Origin: Vicugna vicugna
Taxonomy: Eukaryota
NCBI GenBank assembly: GCA_013265495.1
Contig: MU058844.1
Coordinates: forward strand, 124,001-188,000
Reading direction: 5' to 3'
DNA: 64,000 nt
In this document: positions 50,221 to 63,004 of the stretch, in pieces
Position numbering within the stretch: position 1 is the stretch's first letter
Layout of the letters: every line of letters starts with the position of its first letter
Program-made: the position numbers and the translations under genes
Notes under the pieces: generated by a model
Seen by the model: only the letters and a program-made list of their open reading frames with translations
Databases searched by the model: none
Told to the model about the DNA's origin: nothing

Positions 50221-52209
50221 AAATGTTCAGCTCTCTCTTAAGTTAAACATTCCATCTTAAAAATGATGTTTTTAGTACATTACACTTAATTAAAAAGAAG
50301 TTGAAACCCAAGATACAATATGGTGTAGAGTGGGGTTTTTTAAAGTAAGGTCCAATACACACCTGCATCACAATCAGTCTCCTGGGATGTGTGACAAAAA
50401 TGTGAATTTCTGAGCCCAAGCCCAGATCTTCTGAATAGTTGTGTGTGAGAGTCCCTGCTCCAATAGGGAAAGCACTGTACTTAGAACTGGAAGACTGACA
50501 TCTGGGTTCAGTCACAAGACTTGAGCCAGCCTGATCAGCCCTGGTTTCTTTAGAAATGACTCCTTGTACATTAGAGATGATAAATATCTTCCCCACCAAC
50601 TTCACGGGATTGCTGTGAAGTTAAAACTTAATCATGTGTTTGAGAACAGTTCGGAAACTAAAGTAAATCTAAATTTTAAGATTTAGCAATAAGAAGGGCA
50701 TCTGCTCAAGCAGTATCCTTATCCTCTCCGTTAACAAATATCCTACTCTTAGATTCAATCTTAAAGATAAAACTTAGGACCTATCTTCTGCCCATAAAGG
50801 CCTGTATTTCTTCACTGATTCATTTGTGAAGGTTCTTGTAAAAGAACCTGGCCAGCCAGCATCCAGAAGGCATTCTTTAGAGAATACACATTGCTCTTCA
50901 GAAATACCCACCTCCGTCTAGGACACCACAAAGCAGTTAAGACAAGGATTTGTTCTAACAGAGAGGAAAAAAATAGCTCAAGGTTGTCCTAAGAGTCCAC
51001 CTCTGATTAATTTTATACAAAGGTGGAAAATGCATGATGCTTCAGAAATCATTGCCAGTAATGAGACACACACAGAGAGGAAGAAAAGTCCAACCCACCG
51101 TAAATGTCCTAAGGAAGAAGCTGTTCTGCCATGATTCGGTGCACAGTGTACTCTCAGTCTGGTTCTGTAAAGCCAATAAACCAGACAGGTTCAGAGTCTG
51201 TTTATTTTTTAAATGACAGGCAGAACCACTATAATTTTTGTCATCTCTCCAAAGTAGAAGACTATACACTGTTCAGTGGCAGTTTTTTTTCAAGGATCCA
51301 GAACAGCTCCTATCATCTGACTATGAAAGTCATTCTTCCAATTCAGGGCTTGAAGTACAAGGTATGGTCAAACAACATGTAGGGGTAAGTGTGAAAGCTT
51401 TCAGGAAAGGGGGATGGCTGGATGGGTGAGGAAAATATCTTTAATCAACACTTTTGAGAATTCAGAGAAATTTAAAACCTTTGATGCAAGATAAGAAAGA
51501 TTTAGATGACCTTTCAACTGTTAGATCTGAGTAAAGCATTAAACATTCATTCTCAAAACACATGTCAGGGGTTAGGTTTTTTGTGGATAATTAACTTCAA
51601 GTTGCCTGTTCCCTGAATTAAGAAATTTGCTATTCACAGATGGCCAGGTGATCCTGGAAGAGGGGACTCTGAAGTCAAAACCTCTATCCTCCATGAGCCG
51701 TGGGCTCAGAACAGGCACAAACAGAAAAGAGTACCCTGTTCTAAATGAATGTTGATCTTCCAAACACACATTTAGGTGCAGAGCAAACAGTGAAATCAAA
51801 TGATTGCTTTTCACAAATGTACATTACTACTACTGGGTTTTGGTGAGATGAATGTGTTTGTTCAGAAAAAGTACAAGCAGGGGAGTTACTCCCATCTCTC
51901 CCTCTTAGCAGGAAAGGTTTCATGAAGGACAAGGGGTTCTTGATGGCTCTAAAGCTCTATGAGGGAGGCCAGCTGATAGATGTGGAATGGGAGGGTCAGT
52001 GCAGCCCAGAGAGTGAGACAGAGGTGGACGATGAGGTCCAGGCTCAAGGGTGGACAGGTGATTTGTTATCACAGATCGGAGAAGCAGGCAGAAGATGAGA
52101 GGCCAGAGGACGAGGAGGAATGAATGGGAAGCAAAAGATCAAGAAAACCATGGCAGTTCATGGATGAGTCAAACTATAAGTGAGGCTTTTGGTCTTTATT
52201 CAAGATAAT

Positions 52210-52430
52210 ACTTAACATTTATTGAGAGTTTTATTATGGGCTACTTGTGTTAAGGGCTTTCAATTGATTAAATCAACCATCCTGAGATGGCAGTACTAGT
52301 CTCATCTCCATTCTTCAGGTGAGGAAACTGAGGCAGCATATAACTTATCCAAGGTCACACAGCTAGGAAGCAACTGAAGTCAGGATTCCAATCCTGGCAT
52401 TCTGACTCTGGAGCCCGTGATCTCAACCAC
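52210..52430 (-). mobile_element. MIR SINE
   Basis: TAACATTTATTGAG...GAGGAAACTGAGGC...AACTTATCCAAGGTCACACAGCTAG...TCTGACTCTGGAGCCCGTG. Confidence 0.88.
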
Positions 52431-54402
52431 CCCTTGATGTTGCCCCTCTGGAAGGAAAGAGGGACAGTTACTGCATGATATCCTGGAGAAGAAGGCACAG
52501 GTGGCCTGGCAGAAGGAGGAATCCCTCCATAGTGTTCAGACTTGTTCTGAGAAGGAACAGGACAGACAAAGACTAATGACAGGAGAAGTGGGAAATAGCC
52601 TAGTTCTAACCAAAGAGTTAAATAGGGCTGAACATTTGGGGACACCACAGAAGATGAGCACCATGTCAGCATCGTTTGACAAGCGGTACTCTGAGGATGC
52701 TGCTCAGTCTGTGTTTTACGTGAGGAAACAGCATGTGAGGGAGGACAGAGAGAGAGACGTAAAGGAGTAAAGATGAGGTACAATCCAGGAAGACTGCACG
52801 GTGTCATGGAAGGAACAGGAAATCTGGAACGAGAGACACTTGGGCTGAACCTTGGCACTTTTGAGCTTATTTTTGGATGTCCATGTGCTATGTAGCTCAC
52901 ACCAGTAAAATAAGACACTTTTCAAACTGAAAGCATTATCTATAATTAAATATATAACATATGCAAAAGCACTAGCAAAGTGCTTAGCATGTGTGAGGTA
53001 TTCCAAAAATATTGAGACTTGGGGGGAAAAAAAAAGAAAGACAGAAAACCACACACAGGTGCTGCTTCTTAGGATGGGGAGATTGGCAGGAAGGGCTTCA
53101 AAACTGGCAGGAAAGGAAGGCATGACACCAGCAATGTCACCAGTCCCATGTGTGCCCCATCTGCCACACACACAGTAGGACACTGGTATCTGTACTGGTC
53201 AGTTCTATTTCCAGAAGGGTCTGCCAGGACATAGCAAAACTAGTTTGCCTGTTCATTCATTCCTCCCTTTGTTCATTCAACAAACTCTTGTTGCAGCCAC
53301 AGAGCTTGGCTAGAAGATGGCACAGTTGAGGTGTGGCGGAGGGGACCATCATGATGGAAGGGCCCACCTGCAGCTTTGTGATCATCAGCCTAGTGGCTAC
53401 ATGCAGCAGTCAGGATCAAAGTACAGTACAATGTGACTAAGACACATTCCACAACTGCCCGCAAGAAGCTTACAATCTACTAGGAAAGAGACACATGAAT
53501 ACATTTTTACAACACAGTATGGTCGGTGCTATGAAGTGCTTTGGAAAAGGGAGGCAAAAGTTACAAAATCCTATAAAAGATTTCATAACTGTCTACACCA
53601 TCATAATCAATGTCCCACAATTCTCACAATTAGACAAGACCAATGATGGTTACTCCATTACTCTTCATGTAATTTATTCAACAATAGTCATATATTATCA
53701 GGCCCTGGTTCATTTTGTATTGTTAGGCACCAAGTGCACACTGAATATTATAAACCTATCCGCTGTTATATTCTCCAAATGCTGATGTTGCTGTGGAATT
53801 CACCCAAAGTCTGGTCCTGAATACCAGCTATAACTCCTGGCAATGTATTGTTTCAACAATAAAACACAATCCTGTTAATCCCATTGCTTTAGGTAATTTA
53901 TTCATTACTGTGGGGGAAATGAGCTATTTTCAAAGAACCACTACTTGTTTTGACAAAAAAAAAAAAAAAAAAAGAATACAGGTTGCAGCTCTTTGTCCTG
54001 GCAAAAATCTCACAAGCATTGCTTCCAACCTAACTTCCATTTCTTCTGCAAAGGTTTAATCTCAACATAGTCACTTTATATGCAAATAGTGTCCTCGTCA
54101 AAATTTGATTTTTTTTCTTTGAAGAGCAATAAAAACAAAGCCATTTAGAATACTGCTATTGGAAAGGGAGCAGTAGTGATAATCATCTCACTATAATAAA
54201 CTGAAGGATCCCTCAAACAGATCCAATGCCCATCCCCTTTGAATAACTAAGGAAGCAGTTATTCTTCAGAAGTTGAGATTGCACATGCTCTTCCTGGATA
54301 ATAATGATACCATAACAAAATAGTCTTTGATTTCCATGATTCTGACTATCCACTCCAAGGGCTATCCTATTTCTGATGATGTATGAAACAGAAATGTCTG
54401 CA

Positions 54403-54628
54403 ATCATGAAATCTTAGTGTCAGAAGGTCATCTTCTCTAACATCCCATCCCCTGTATGAATCTCCTCTTTATGTCTCCAACAGATATAATCTCTGCTTGA
54501 CTATAATCTCTTCCAAATTATTAGAAAGCACTTCATTACACTGATGTGAAACTTCTCTATTTGTAACTTCAGTTACTTTCCCTACTTTAAGCTATCAGAC
54601 AGTACACATACCATGTCTAATTCCTCCT
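54403..54628 (-). mobile_element. CR1/L3 3' terminus
   Basis: ATCATGAAATCTTAGTG...AGGTCATCT...CTCTGCTTGA...TTATTAGAAAG...TGTAACTTC...GTCTAATTCCTC is the reverse complement of the L3 3' end. Confidence 0.6.
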
Positions 54629-54639
54629 TAAAACTCAAA

Positions 54640-55205
54640 AGATAAAGTGTAAATAGGGATTAAGGCCCCAGAAGAGTAAGAACATACCTAACTCCTTTAA
54701 AGGGCTTCAAGTCACCAAGCCAAGGTAAATTATATTCTAGGGTGGTGAATGAAATGACAGATGAAGATAAGGATAGAGAATTGACAGATAGAGATGTGGA
54801 AAACTCTGAAGAATCAAAGAGAAAGCAAAGAATACAGCACACATTTTTAAAAGGATGAAAAAGTTTGATTCCCTAAATCAAGGACAATGAACTTGATGAC
54901 TATCCCTGGCAAAGTGTAAGAAAAAAATTATTACACAGATCAGCATTTTCCAAACCGTGCTTTCATGAGATGACACCTATTAACTTTTCCAACAGCTATA
55001 GAGTTCTTCAGAAAACAGCTTGAGAAATGCTGACGTAGATCATTCGTAAACATTCAGAAGGTAACAGATACTAGGAACCATCAGGGGTTTAACAAGAACA
55101 ATTCAGGCCAAAAATCTTCACTTCCTTTTTTTTTTTAATAGAGTTGCTATGTGGATAGACAGAAGAAATGCCATAAACATGGTATTTTGATTTCAATAAA
55201 GCCTG
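54640..55205 (+). mobile_element. CR1/L3 reverse-transcriptase fragment
   Basis: Degenerate FKSPS.GKLYSRVVNEMTD (CR1 FKSPGPDELHPRVLKELAD), IPGK, NHQGFNKN (SQHGFTKNK), FFNRV...RRNAINMV..DFNKA (FFDRVT...GNAVDIVYLDFSKA). Confidence 0.8.
54941..55032. mobile_element. Small hAT-Charlie MITE nested in the L3 RT fragment
   Basis: TIRs CAGCATTT...AAATGCTG; 8-bp flanks ACACAGAT and ACGTAGAT (6/8); removing it restores L3 continuity. Confidence 0.7.
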
Positions 55206-55436
55206 TTTGTCTAAAGTCAAAATAATCTGTATAAAGTAGTTCAAACAAATATGAATCTACTCAACTGAGCCTAGATTAATTCAACTTGTTTATAAGTCAT
55301 ATGGGATCCTCTGTTAAATGACAGTTACCAGTTAAATAACTAGGAAGGAAGAGGCTGGGAGGGCAGAGTCTAATCTGGGATGCTCTGTGAACCTAGGCTG
55401 CCTCCTAAGGATCCCTACTTTAATTTGCAACTGTTC

Positions 55437-55451
55437 ATTTGCATAACAAAA
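55437..55451 (-). promoter_or_regulatory. OCT4-SOX2 composite motif match (function unproven)
   Basis: Minus strand reads TTTTGTTATGCAAAT, 14/15 identical to the canonical CTTTGTTATGCAAAT. Confidence 0.4.
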
Positions 55452-55714
55452 TCTTAAATGTGCTGAGGATCAACATCAAGTTCCTTGCTCCAGGTAGTCC
55501 AAGATGAACCTTTTAAAAGGCAATGAAGACAGTCTGTTTTTCATCATTTTGATATCCTATTTTCCTTGTTTCCCCTGTGATTACACATTGTGGCTCTTCA
55601 ATAACACCTACTGGATTTTTGTTTGTTCATGTGTCTAACAAGATAATTTAAACTGAAAGACACAATCCTGTTTAAAACTGTAGGGACTGATAGGCACGGG
55701 AATCAGGGTGTCCA

Positions 55715-55950
55715 TTAAAAGAGTCAGACCTGGATCTGAATCCTAGCCCATCACTTACTGGCTCTGTGACTTCAGGCCTGCTATTAAATCGTCCCGAGCT
55801 TCAGTGTTCTCACCTATAAAATGGGGTTGATGACAAGAATCCCTACCACGCACAGGTGCCATAAGCACCTAGAAAAAAATAATAAATTCTCTTTCCTAAT
55901 AGTCAGTCCTGAGTAGAAACTCAACAAATTGTAGTTGCAACTATTATTAT
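55715..55950 (+). mobile_element. MIR SINE
   Basis: GAGTCAGACCTGGATCTGAATCCTAGC...CACTTACTGGCTCTGTGACTTCAGGC...CTCACCTATAAAATGGGG. Confidence 0.8.
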
Positions 55951-56880
55951 CATCACAAATCCTGCGTGCTTCAATTTATTCTTAACCATGTTTATGTTAC
56001 ACATTCCAGTTTGAAGATCACTCCCTTTGATAGAGGAAGAGAGAAGCCAAGTCGTTGAGTAGGTCTGTTTTTCATCATGTAAACATTATTCCATCTGCCC
56101 CAAGCAATGAGCTTAGCCCTTACTTGTTCTTCTTCTTTTGAAAGTTGCTTTAAAGAGCCCTTTTCTGTTGTCTTTAGCATTCTCTCCAGCCTCAGCTCAG
56201 TCTGGACTTGAGCTTTGCAGATATTTTTCTACTGGTTTTGTGCCACTCTTCTTCTGCATTTGTCCTTGAGTATGTGTTTGTCTTTCAATCTTCCATACAT
56301 GTTCTCTTAATATCCAAGCCCGTCAAAAATGTCCTTGGTGCTTAGAATGGTTTCCTCTCTTTTTCCTCCTCATCTCCCTAAACTGTCATTTTTTTTTTTG
56401 CTGTCAGATTTTTTTTTTCTTTTTCTTTCTTTCTCTCTTGCTCTCTTTTTGTACGGTCCTCTCTTTTCAAGTCTCTGGACTCAGAAAAATACCTACCCTT
56501 TCTCTAAATATATATTTTCCTAAAGTCACTGCTATGGTATGGTTATGCCCAACTTCCATTTCTTTTGCAGTTACAAAACAATACTACCACAGTTACTTCC
56601 CTCCCAAGGTTTTAGTCAATTCTACTTCAATAAACAGTTTTCTCATTGGTTAGAACTAAGCTCAGAGTAGTCTTTCCATCTCATTGCTTCCTCAATCTGT
56701 GGTTTAAAAAAAGAAAACGACAGAAAGGATTTTGCTTTCCATGAAACATCTATCAGACAACTGAGAAAGTTAAAGTCCTCATCAATGACTATATCTTGGC
56801 TTGTGGCAATTTTGACATTTAGCTGAATCTAAATGTGTGCAATATCATCAACCAGCAAGTGACGGTTGCTCACTGGCCTA
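55950..56880 (-). mobile_element. CR1/L3 ORF2 fragment (endonuclease end and linker)
   Basis: Degenerate QDIVI..DFN (QDIVVMGDFN), LVLTN..L..EVELTKTLG (LILTN.EELV.EVE..GTLG), DFRK, KAQVQTELRL...KDNRKG, LLGADG. Confidence 0.8.
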
Positions 56881-58931
56881 TACTAATCTATAATAGTTGT
56901 TCAGGCATAATTAAAATGTTTTGGCTCCACTGCTAAGAGAACGAGCTGTGCTTTGAAGTTAAGTCATGACAGTTTACAGTCACAACCTATATGTGGGCTG
57001 GCAAAAGATGAAAGTCTACACCCCCAATTCAGTAAGTGATGGAAACACCTTGCTTCTGTATTTGTTTCGTTTTGTTTATTTGGGGTTTTCTGTTGTTTTT
57101 TCATCAATTTTTGAATTTGAGGTATAATTCACATATAATCGCTCTTACATTCTGGAGTACTCCTATGAATTCATTGCTACTTTCAGAATTCTAACACAAG
57201 AACATGGAAAGGAATTCTAATACAGGCCATAATTGATTGCCTTTAAAATACATTTAAGAGAAATGAACCAAAATGTAAAACAAACCAAAACCAAATAAAA
57301 ACCCTCTGTGGCTATGTATAACGGTTATGATTTAGTTAACAGCCAGAAATAAAGAGCAATTTTAATAATTTTGGAATTTAACCTGGTAAAAGTTTATTCT
57401 TCATTTATTGAATGAGAAGGAATTCCATGATAGAGGGTTTGCATTTCAACCATCAGCTAAACTGAAGTTTTCCCATACTTTAGTTTGACATACTCAAACT
57501 AAAGTCTCCAAGTCTGTTAAGTATAACTGAGCTTAGTTACTCCCTAGTTAACTACAGGCCTTACACTAAGAATAGCAATAAATACAAAAATATCCACCAG
57601 TTGTTATTCAACTGGTGCACATGGGCCAGAATCACTCCCTTTCTCTCCCTCACAGTCTGAATCATCAACCAAATTTTCTCTCAATGCTAAAGGTTCTTTA
57701 GCAGGTCAAAATAAAATCAGAGGAAAAGGTATTCCTTGGAAAGGTTTAAAAGTGGGTGAGATGCCTGTTTGCATCTTAATCAAGCATCAAGACTAACAGC
57801 TTAATATCCATAATCTATACTTACATGAGGTTTTTGGAAAATAAAGGGTAGTGAATCAAATACAGTGACAAAGAAAAAGACCTCTACTTGATGTGAAATA
57901 ATTTTGCCATTAGATCAACACTGACCCACATATATGCTGTCCTGGGTTTTTGAGGTAAATGGTTGGTAAACCAGTAGTAACCACTTAAACCGATTAACTT
58001 TCAAAATAGAATCATGGAGACCTACCCGAGATCTTTTTGAACCAAAAAAACAATAACAAAAAAAACAAAAAATCTTCGACCTAAAAATAATTCAGAAGGT
58101 TTTGGATTTGAATCTAATCTGTACTATAGAGCCATGATGACAGGGAATGAAGAAAGTAAAGAGCGTGTTCAAAAAACCACAATCGCAAGGAAAACTGGCT
58201 TCCACAGAAAGGTGTGATTTTCCTTTAACTTTCAATGTACACTGTAAAATTAACTCTCTTTCCCTAGAGTGAAATTTTATCAATCAGCACACAACTCAGA
58301 GGCCACTTAAAATCATAACTTCCTTTTCAACACTCTTAGCATGATATTTACTAGCAAGAACATTCCAAAAGAACAGTCACTTCCACTGTGTAGAAAAAGC
58401 TTAATTACTGAGTTGAACACTGACTTCTTGCTCTTATTCACCAACGAGCGCCTCATTGTCCTGTGTGACCTGAGGTCTTCCTCCCCTTCTCCTTGACTCA
58501 GCAGCTGGGCTCAGTTTCCTCTCTCTGACCTTCCTTTTCCAAATGCTGGAGCACAGCAGGCATTTCTAGGTCAGTAAAGGAAACTATTACTGCCTTCCAG
58601 GAGAACAGTATCTTCTGTGTATTCGAAGGACTGACGAGGACAAGGAGTCAGTAATTCAGTGTACTAAGCCCCATTCTCACTCTGACTAGGGCATGCATTA
58701 ACTGCCTCTTGTCTGCATTCTGCTGTGGGGAAAACACCCATCACCCACCTCGGAAGCTGGCTAACATCAGCCACCGGAACACTCAGCTCAGCGCTGCTGG
58801 GAGGAATGCCCTCCCCATCCAAATTCCCAGCCACACTGCTATAGCACTGACTTCCTGTCTGGCCCACAAGCCCATGATAAAGGCCACATCCTCATCCTTC
58901 CCATTCCATTCCATGTGTTCTGCCACCACTC

Positions 58932-59455
58932 ATTTTGTTCAACAACTTTATAGACATATAATTCACATACCATAAAATTCACCCATTTAAAATGTGCAAT
59001 TCAATGGTTTTTAGCATACTCACAGTCTTGTGTAACCACCACCACAATCTAATTTGAGAACATTTTCATCACCCCAAAAAGAAACCCTGTACCTTCTAGC
59101 AGCCACTTCCCAAATCCCCTCTCCTGCCTACCTCCCCAGCCCTAAGCAACCACTAATATACTTTTCATGTCTATGGCTTTGCCTGTTCTGGACATTTCAC
59201 GTAAATATGTGTGGTGTTTGTGATTGGCTTCTTTCACTTAGCATAATGCTTTCAAGGTTCACTCATGTTATAGCATGTATTACTACTTTGTTCCTTTTAT
59301 TGCTGCATAATATTCCATTGTATGTATATACCACATGGTGTTAATCCATTCAACAGCTGGTGAACATTTGGGTTGTTTCCATTTTTTGGCTGTTCTGAAT
59401 AGTGCTGCTGTGTCCAAGTTTTTGTGTGAACATATCTTTTCATTTTTCTTGGCCA
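58932..59455 (-). mobile_element. L1 3' end (L1MB-type)
   Basis: ATATAATTCACATACCATAAAATTCACCCATTTAAAATGTGCAATTCAATGGTTTTTAG...TTCTGGACATTTCACGTAAAT...TGGCTTCTTTCACTTAGCATAATG. Confidence 0.9.
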
Positions 59456-59519
59456 CCACTTATTTTTAACAGGCTCTCTCCTCTGTCTCTTCTTCTCTGG
59501 CCCTAAGTCCAGGATCCTC

Positions 59520-60050
59520 TTTAAAAAGAAAAATACTTGGAAAAAGGAATTCACATGCACTGTGGATAAAATGAAAGTAAGTACAGCCTTTCTGGAGAAC
59601 AGTTCATCAATATCTATTGAACTTTTAAATACATACACTCTTTGACCTGGGACCTCCACTGCAAGTACCCTGCAAACAACTCCTCTACCAGTTTACAGAT
59701 GGCTACAAGGATGTTCTCTACAGCAGAGTATGTAATAAATAGCAAAGGATTAAGAGTAAGGATCATGTGGAAGCAGTAAGTACAGGGAAAACTATTCTGT
59801 TGATTTAAAAAATAGGATAGAACTACGTAGTAGCAGGAGAAGATAACCCACATATTAATTACAGAAAGCAAGTTACAGAAAATGCATATATTAAATGAAT
59901 CCACTTAAATAAAAAATGATACATCTGTGTGTGCTTGTATGGTCAAATAAAATGCCCAGAAAGATACTTCAAAAAATGAGGATTAAAGGTTTGAGGGAAG
60001 AGAAACAATTACTTTACATTTTATATCTTTTTGTACAACTTGAATTACTA
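59520..60050 (+). mobile_element. Old L1 3' end (L1ME-type)
   Basis: GTACAGCCTTTCTGGAGAACAGTT...ACATACACTCTTTGACC...ACAAGGATGTTC...GCAAGTTACAGAA. Confidence 0.65.
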
Positions 60051-60758
60051 TATAAGAATGCCTTCAGAATTTAAAATGTAAATTTTAAAACAATACAAAT
60101 CCTCCTGACACTCTACTGTGACTACGTTATAGGAAGGTATGAGAAAACACATGCCAAGGCAAGGAGAGACACACCAAAGGAGAGCCGGGGGTATTGAAAA
60201 GAAATGCCTACTGCTTCCTAACTGATCCTGGGCAACCCTGATTCTAACCTCCAAAATGTAAAGTATCATGGGATTCTGACTCCAACCTGCACTCTCAGAG
60301 AGGAGGACGGAGCTGTGGGAGGACAGACATCAGACAAGACTGAGTTCTAAGCCAGCCTCTGCCACTTTCTGTGAAACTGTCATTCAACCTCTCCTCCTTC
60401 CCAGACTATGGAATAGCCCATGCTCTTTCAATCTTACTTAATTCCTGAGATGCCAACTCCCAAGCATTTCCAACAACCCTTCAAATCTAGGCTTCAAAGA
60501 GTACCTCTCAGAGAAACCTCTCTGAAAATCAAGCCCTTTAACCTAAACCTATATACATTTTCATGCATCATCTATCTGCAGGGTCTCTCTGCCCCACCCT
60601 TCCTACTGAATCATGGTTGTCTGGTAGCTCATGTGTCTTACCTCTGCCTCTACAAATACTTTTGAGGGTCTGTTCCAAAACAAAAATTATGCAAAGCCTA
60701 CTGGACCTAGAAGGATGGTGTCAAGAACTTACTGGTCCACAATAAAATACTGGTTGAT

Positions 60759-60924
60759 GAAGCAGAAAGGGGGAAAGAGGGATAAATTAGGAGTTTGGGA
60801 TTAACATATACACTCTACTATATATAAAAAAGATAAACAGCCAGGACCTACTGTATAGCACAGGGAACTGTATTCAATACCTTGTAATAACTTATAATGG
60901 AAATGAATCTGAAAAAGAATAGAT

Positions 60925-60978
<54 letters not shown>

Positions 60979-61050
60979 TGCTGTACACCTAAAACTAACA
61001 CAACATTGTAAATCAACTATACTTCAATTAAAAAGTAAAATTAAAAAAAT
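60759..61050 (+). mobile_element. Young, heavily 5'-truncated L1 (Cetartiodactyla-type 3' UTR) with perfect 12-bp TSD
   Basis: GGGATAAATTAGGAGTTTGGGATTAAC...GTATAGCACAGGGAACT...GTAAATCAACTATACTTCAAT plus A tail; ATACTGGTTGAT occurs at 60747-60758 and 61051-61062. Confidence 0.92.
60926..60976. repeat. Compound microsatellite (TA)7(AC)18
   Basis: Read directly from the sequence. Confidence 0.95.
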
Positions 61051-62572
61051 ATACTGGTTGATTTGATGATGATTGATCTATATCCAAAGGTTATTTTATG
61101 TAATTATTTGCTGGTAGTAAATCAACAAAATGATAGAAGAACGGTAAACGTGAGTGCTAAAGCTAATTTAACAAGCTGAGACTTGATCACAACTTTGGTT
61201 TTCTATCTGATTTTCTTACCCACTTTTCCTCAATGCACAGCCACAACCAGGCAAGATTATCTGTACCAATTATATAAATACATACACAAGAGTGTATGTT
61301 TCAGAGCAGATCAAATTCTCAATAAACTGGATTCTTTAAGATCCAGTTCAAAGATCTGCTTCCTTCGTGAAGCTTCCCATCCTCCATCTCCCTCTAACCC
61401 CAGCAGCTGGTCACTTCCACCTTATTGCTTCCACTGCACTCTCATTTTATGTAGTAATTATTGTTTAAATATTTGACACCTCCCTTAGGCTGTGAATGTT
61501 TCTGTCTTAATCACCGCTGCATCCACATCACCTTGTATAATTCATTACATATAGAAGGAGGCTAAAGAAAGATTGCTTAAACACGTAAGTAGGTGAGTGA
61601 AGATTAATTCTCACTCTTAGTATAAAATACCAAGAGGCTGTGAAGACTCCCATCTCTCCCACTATCCTAAAATATCAAATTCCTTCTTCCAAACAAAACT
61701 GAAGTCTATCGGTAATGACCACAGTAACATATTTTAAAGCTCATCTTCACATGACAAAATGCAAGGGCAACCCTAGGGCAGAAAACAAACAACGCTGTTT
61801 CAAATAATCAGGCACGGAATAAATTAGGGAGAAGCACATTCAGGTTCTCTAGTCCTGCCACTAATATCTGGAAGATCTTGTGTAGCTTACTAAGTCCTCT
61901 GGGCCCTCAGGCTCTTACTCTATAAAAAGACAGGGTAAAACTTGATCATTTCTAAGACCCCCTACGAGTTCTAACACTCTAAAAGTGTTAGACTTTTAGA
62001 GGAAAATAAACAGAAAATCCATTCATTTTTTTCTTTCTTTCATTTACTCAACAAATTTTACTGAATGCTTGTGGTAGAGGACTATGTGTTCTCCCAACAA
62101 ACCCATTTTGTTTTCCTCCTGAGATACCATTTCCCAGGCTCACTTGAAAGTAGGTGTGTCTAACACAGACGACCAACAGGCACATGAAAAGATGCTCAAT
62201 ACCACTAATTACTAGAGAAATGCAAGTCAAAACTACCATGAGGTATCACCTCCCACCAGTCAGAAGGGCCATCATTAAAAAGTCTACAAATAATAAATGC
62301 CAAAGAAGGTATGGAGAAAAAGGAACCTTCCTACACTGTTGGTGAGAATGTAAATTGGTGCAGCCGCTATGGAGGACAGTATGGAGGTTCCGTAAAAAAC
62401 ACTAAAAACCGAGTTACCATATGATCTAGCAATCCTACTCCTGGACATGAAGCCAGAGAAAACTGATTTGAAAAGATACATGCACCCCAATGTTCACAGC
62501 AGCACTATTTACAACATCCAAGACATGGAAACAACCTAAATGTCCATCAACAGATGAATGGATAAAGATGTG

Positions 62573-62584
62573 GTATGCGTGTGT

Positions 62585-62619
<35 letters not shown>
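62573..62619. repeat. 47-bp alternating purine/pyrimidine tract including (AC)16
   Basis: GTATGCGTGTGTGTACACAC...; read directly. Confidence 0.95.
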
Positions 62620-62621
<2 letters not shown>

Positions 62622-62980
62622 GGAATACTACTCGGCCATAAAAAGGACTGAAATAAGGCCATTTGCAGCAACATGGATGGACCTAGAAATGACCATACTA
62701 TGTGAAGTAAGTCAGAAAAAGAAACACAAATACCATACGATACCACTTACATGTGAAATATAAAATATAACACAAATGAACTTATTTATGAAACAAAACA
62801 GACTCACAGACATAGAAAACAAACTTATGGTTACCAAAGAGGAAAGGTGGTGGGGGAGGGATAAATTAGGAGTTTGGGATTAGCAGATATAAACTACTAT
62901 GGATAAAATGGACAAACAACAAGGACCACACAACAAATTACATTCAATATCCTATAATAAACCATAATGGAAAAGAATAA

Positions 62981-63004
62981 GATAGATAGATAGATAGATA
63001 GATA
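62981..63004. repeat. (GATA)6 microsatellite
   Basis: Read directly from the sequence. Confidence 0.95.

Noticed and set aside
52355..52918. Longest ORF in the track (187 aa, minus)
   Set aside because: Both ends overlap MIR fragments, the composition is Ser/Pro-rich antisense of purine-rich DNA, and there is no recognisable domain.
62048..62763. Cluster of ORFs with L1 ORF2-like peptides
   Set aside because: 5'-truncated, frameshifted L1 that lacks EN and RT and cannot be active.
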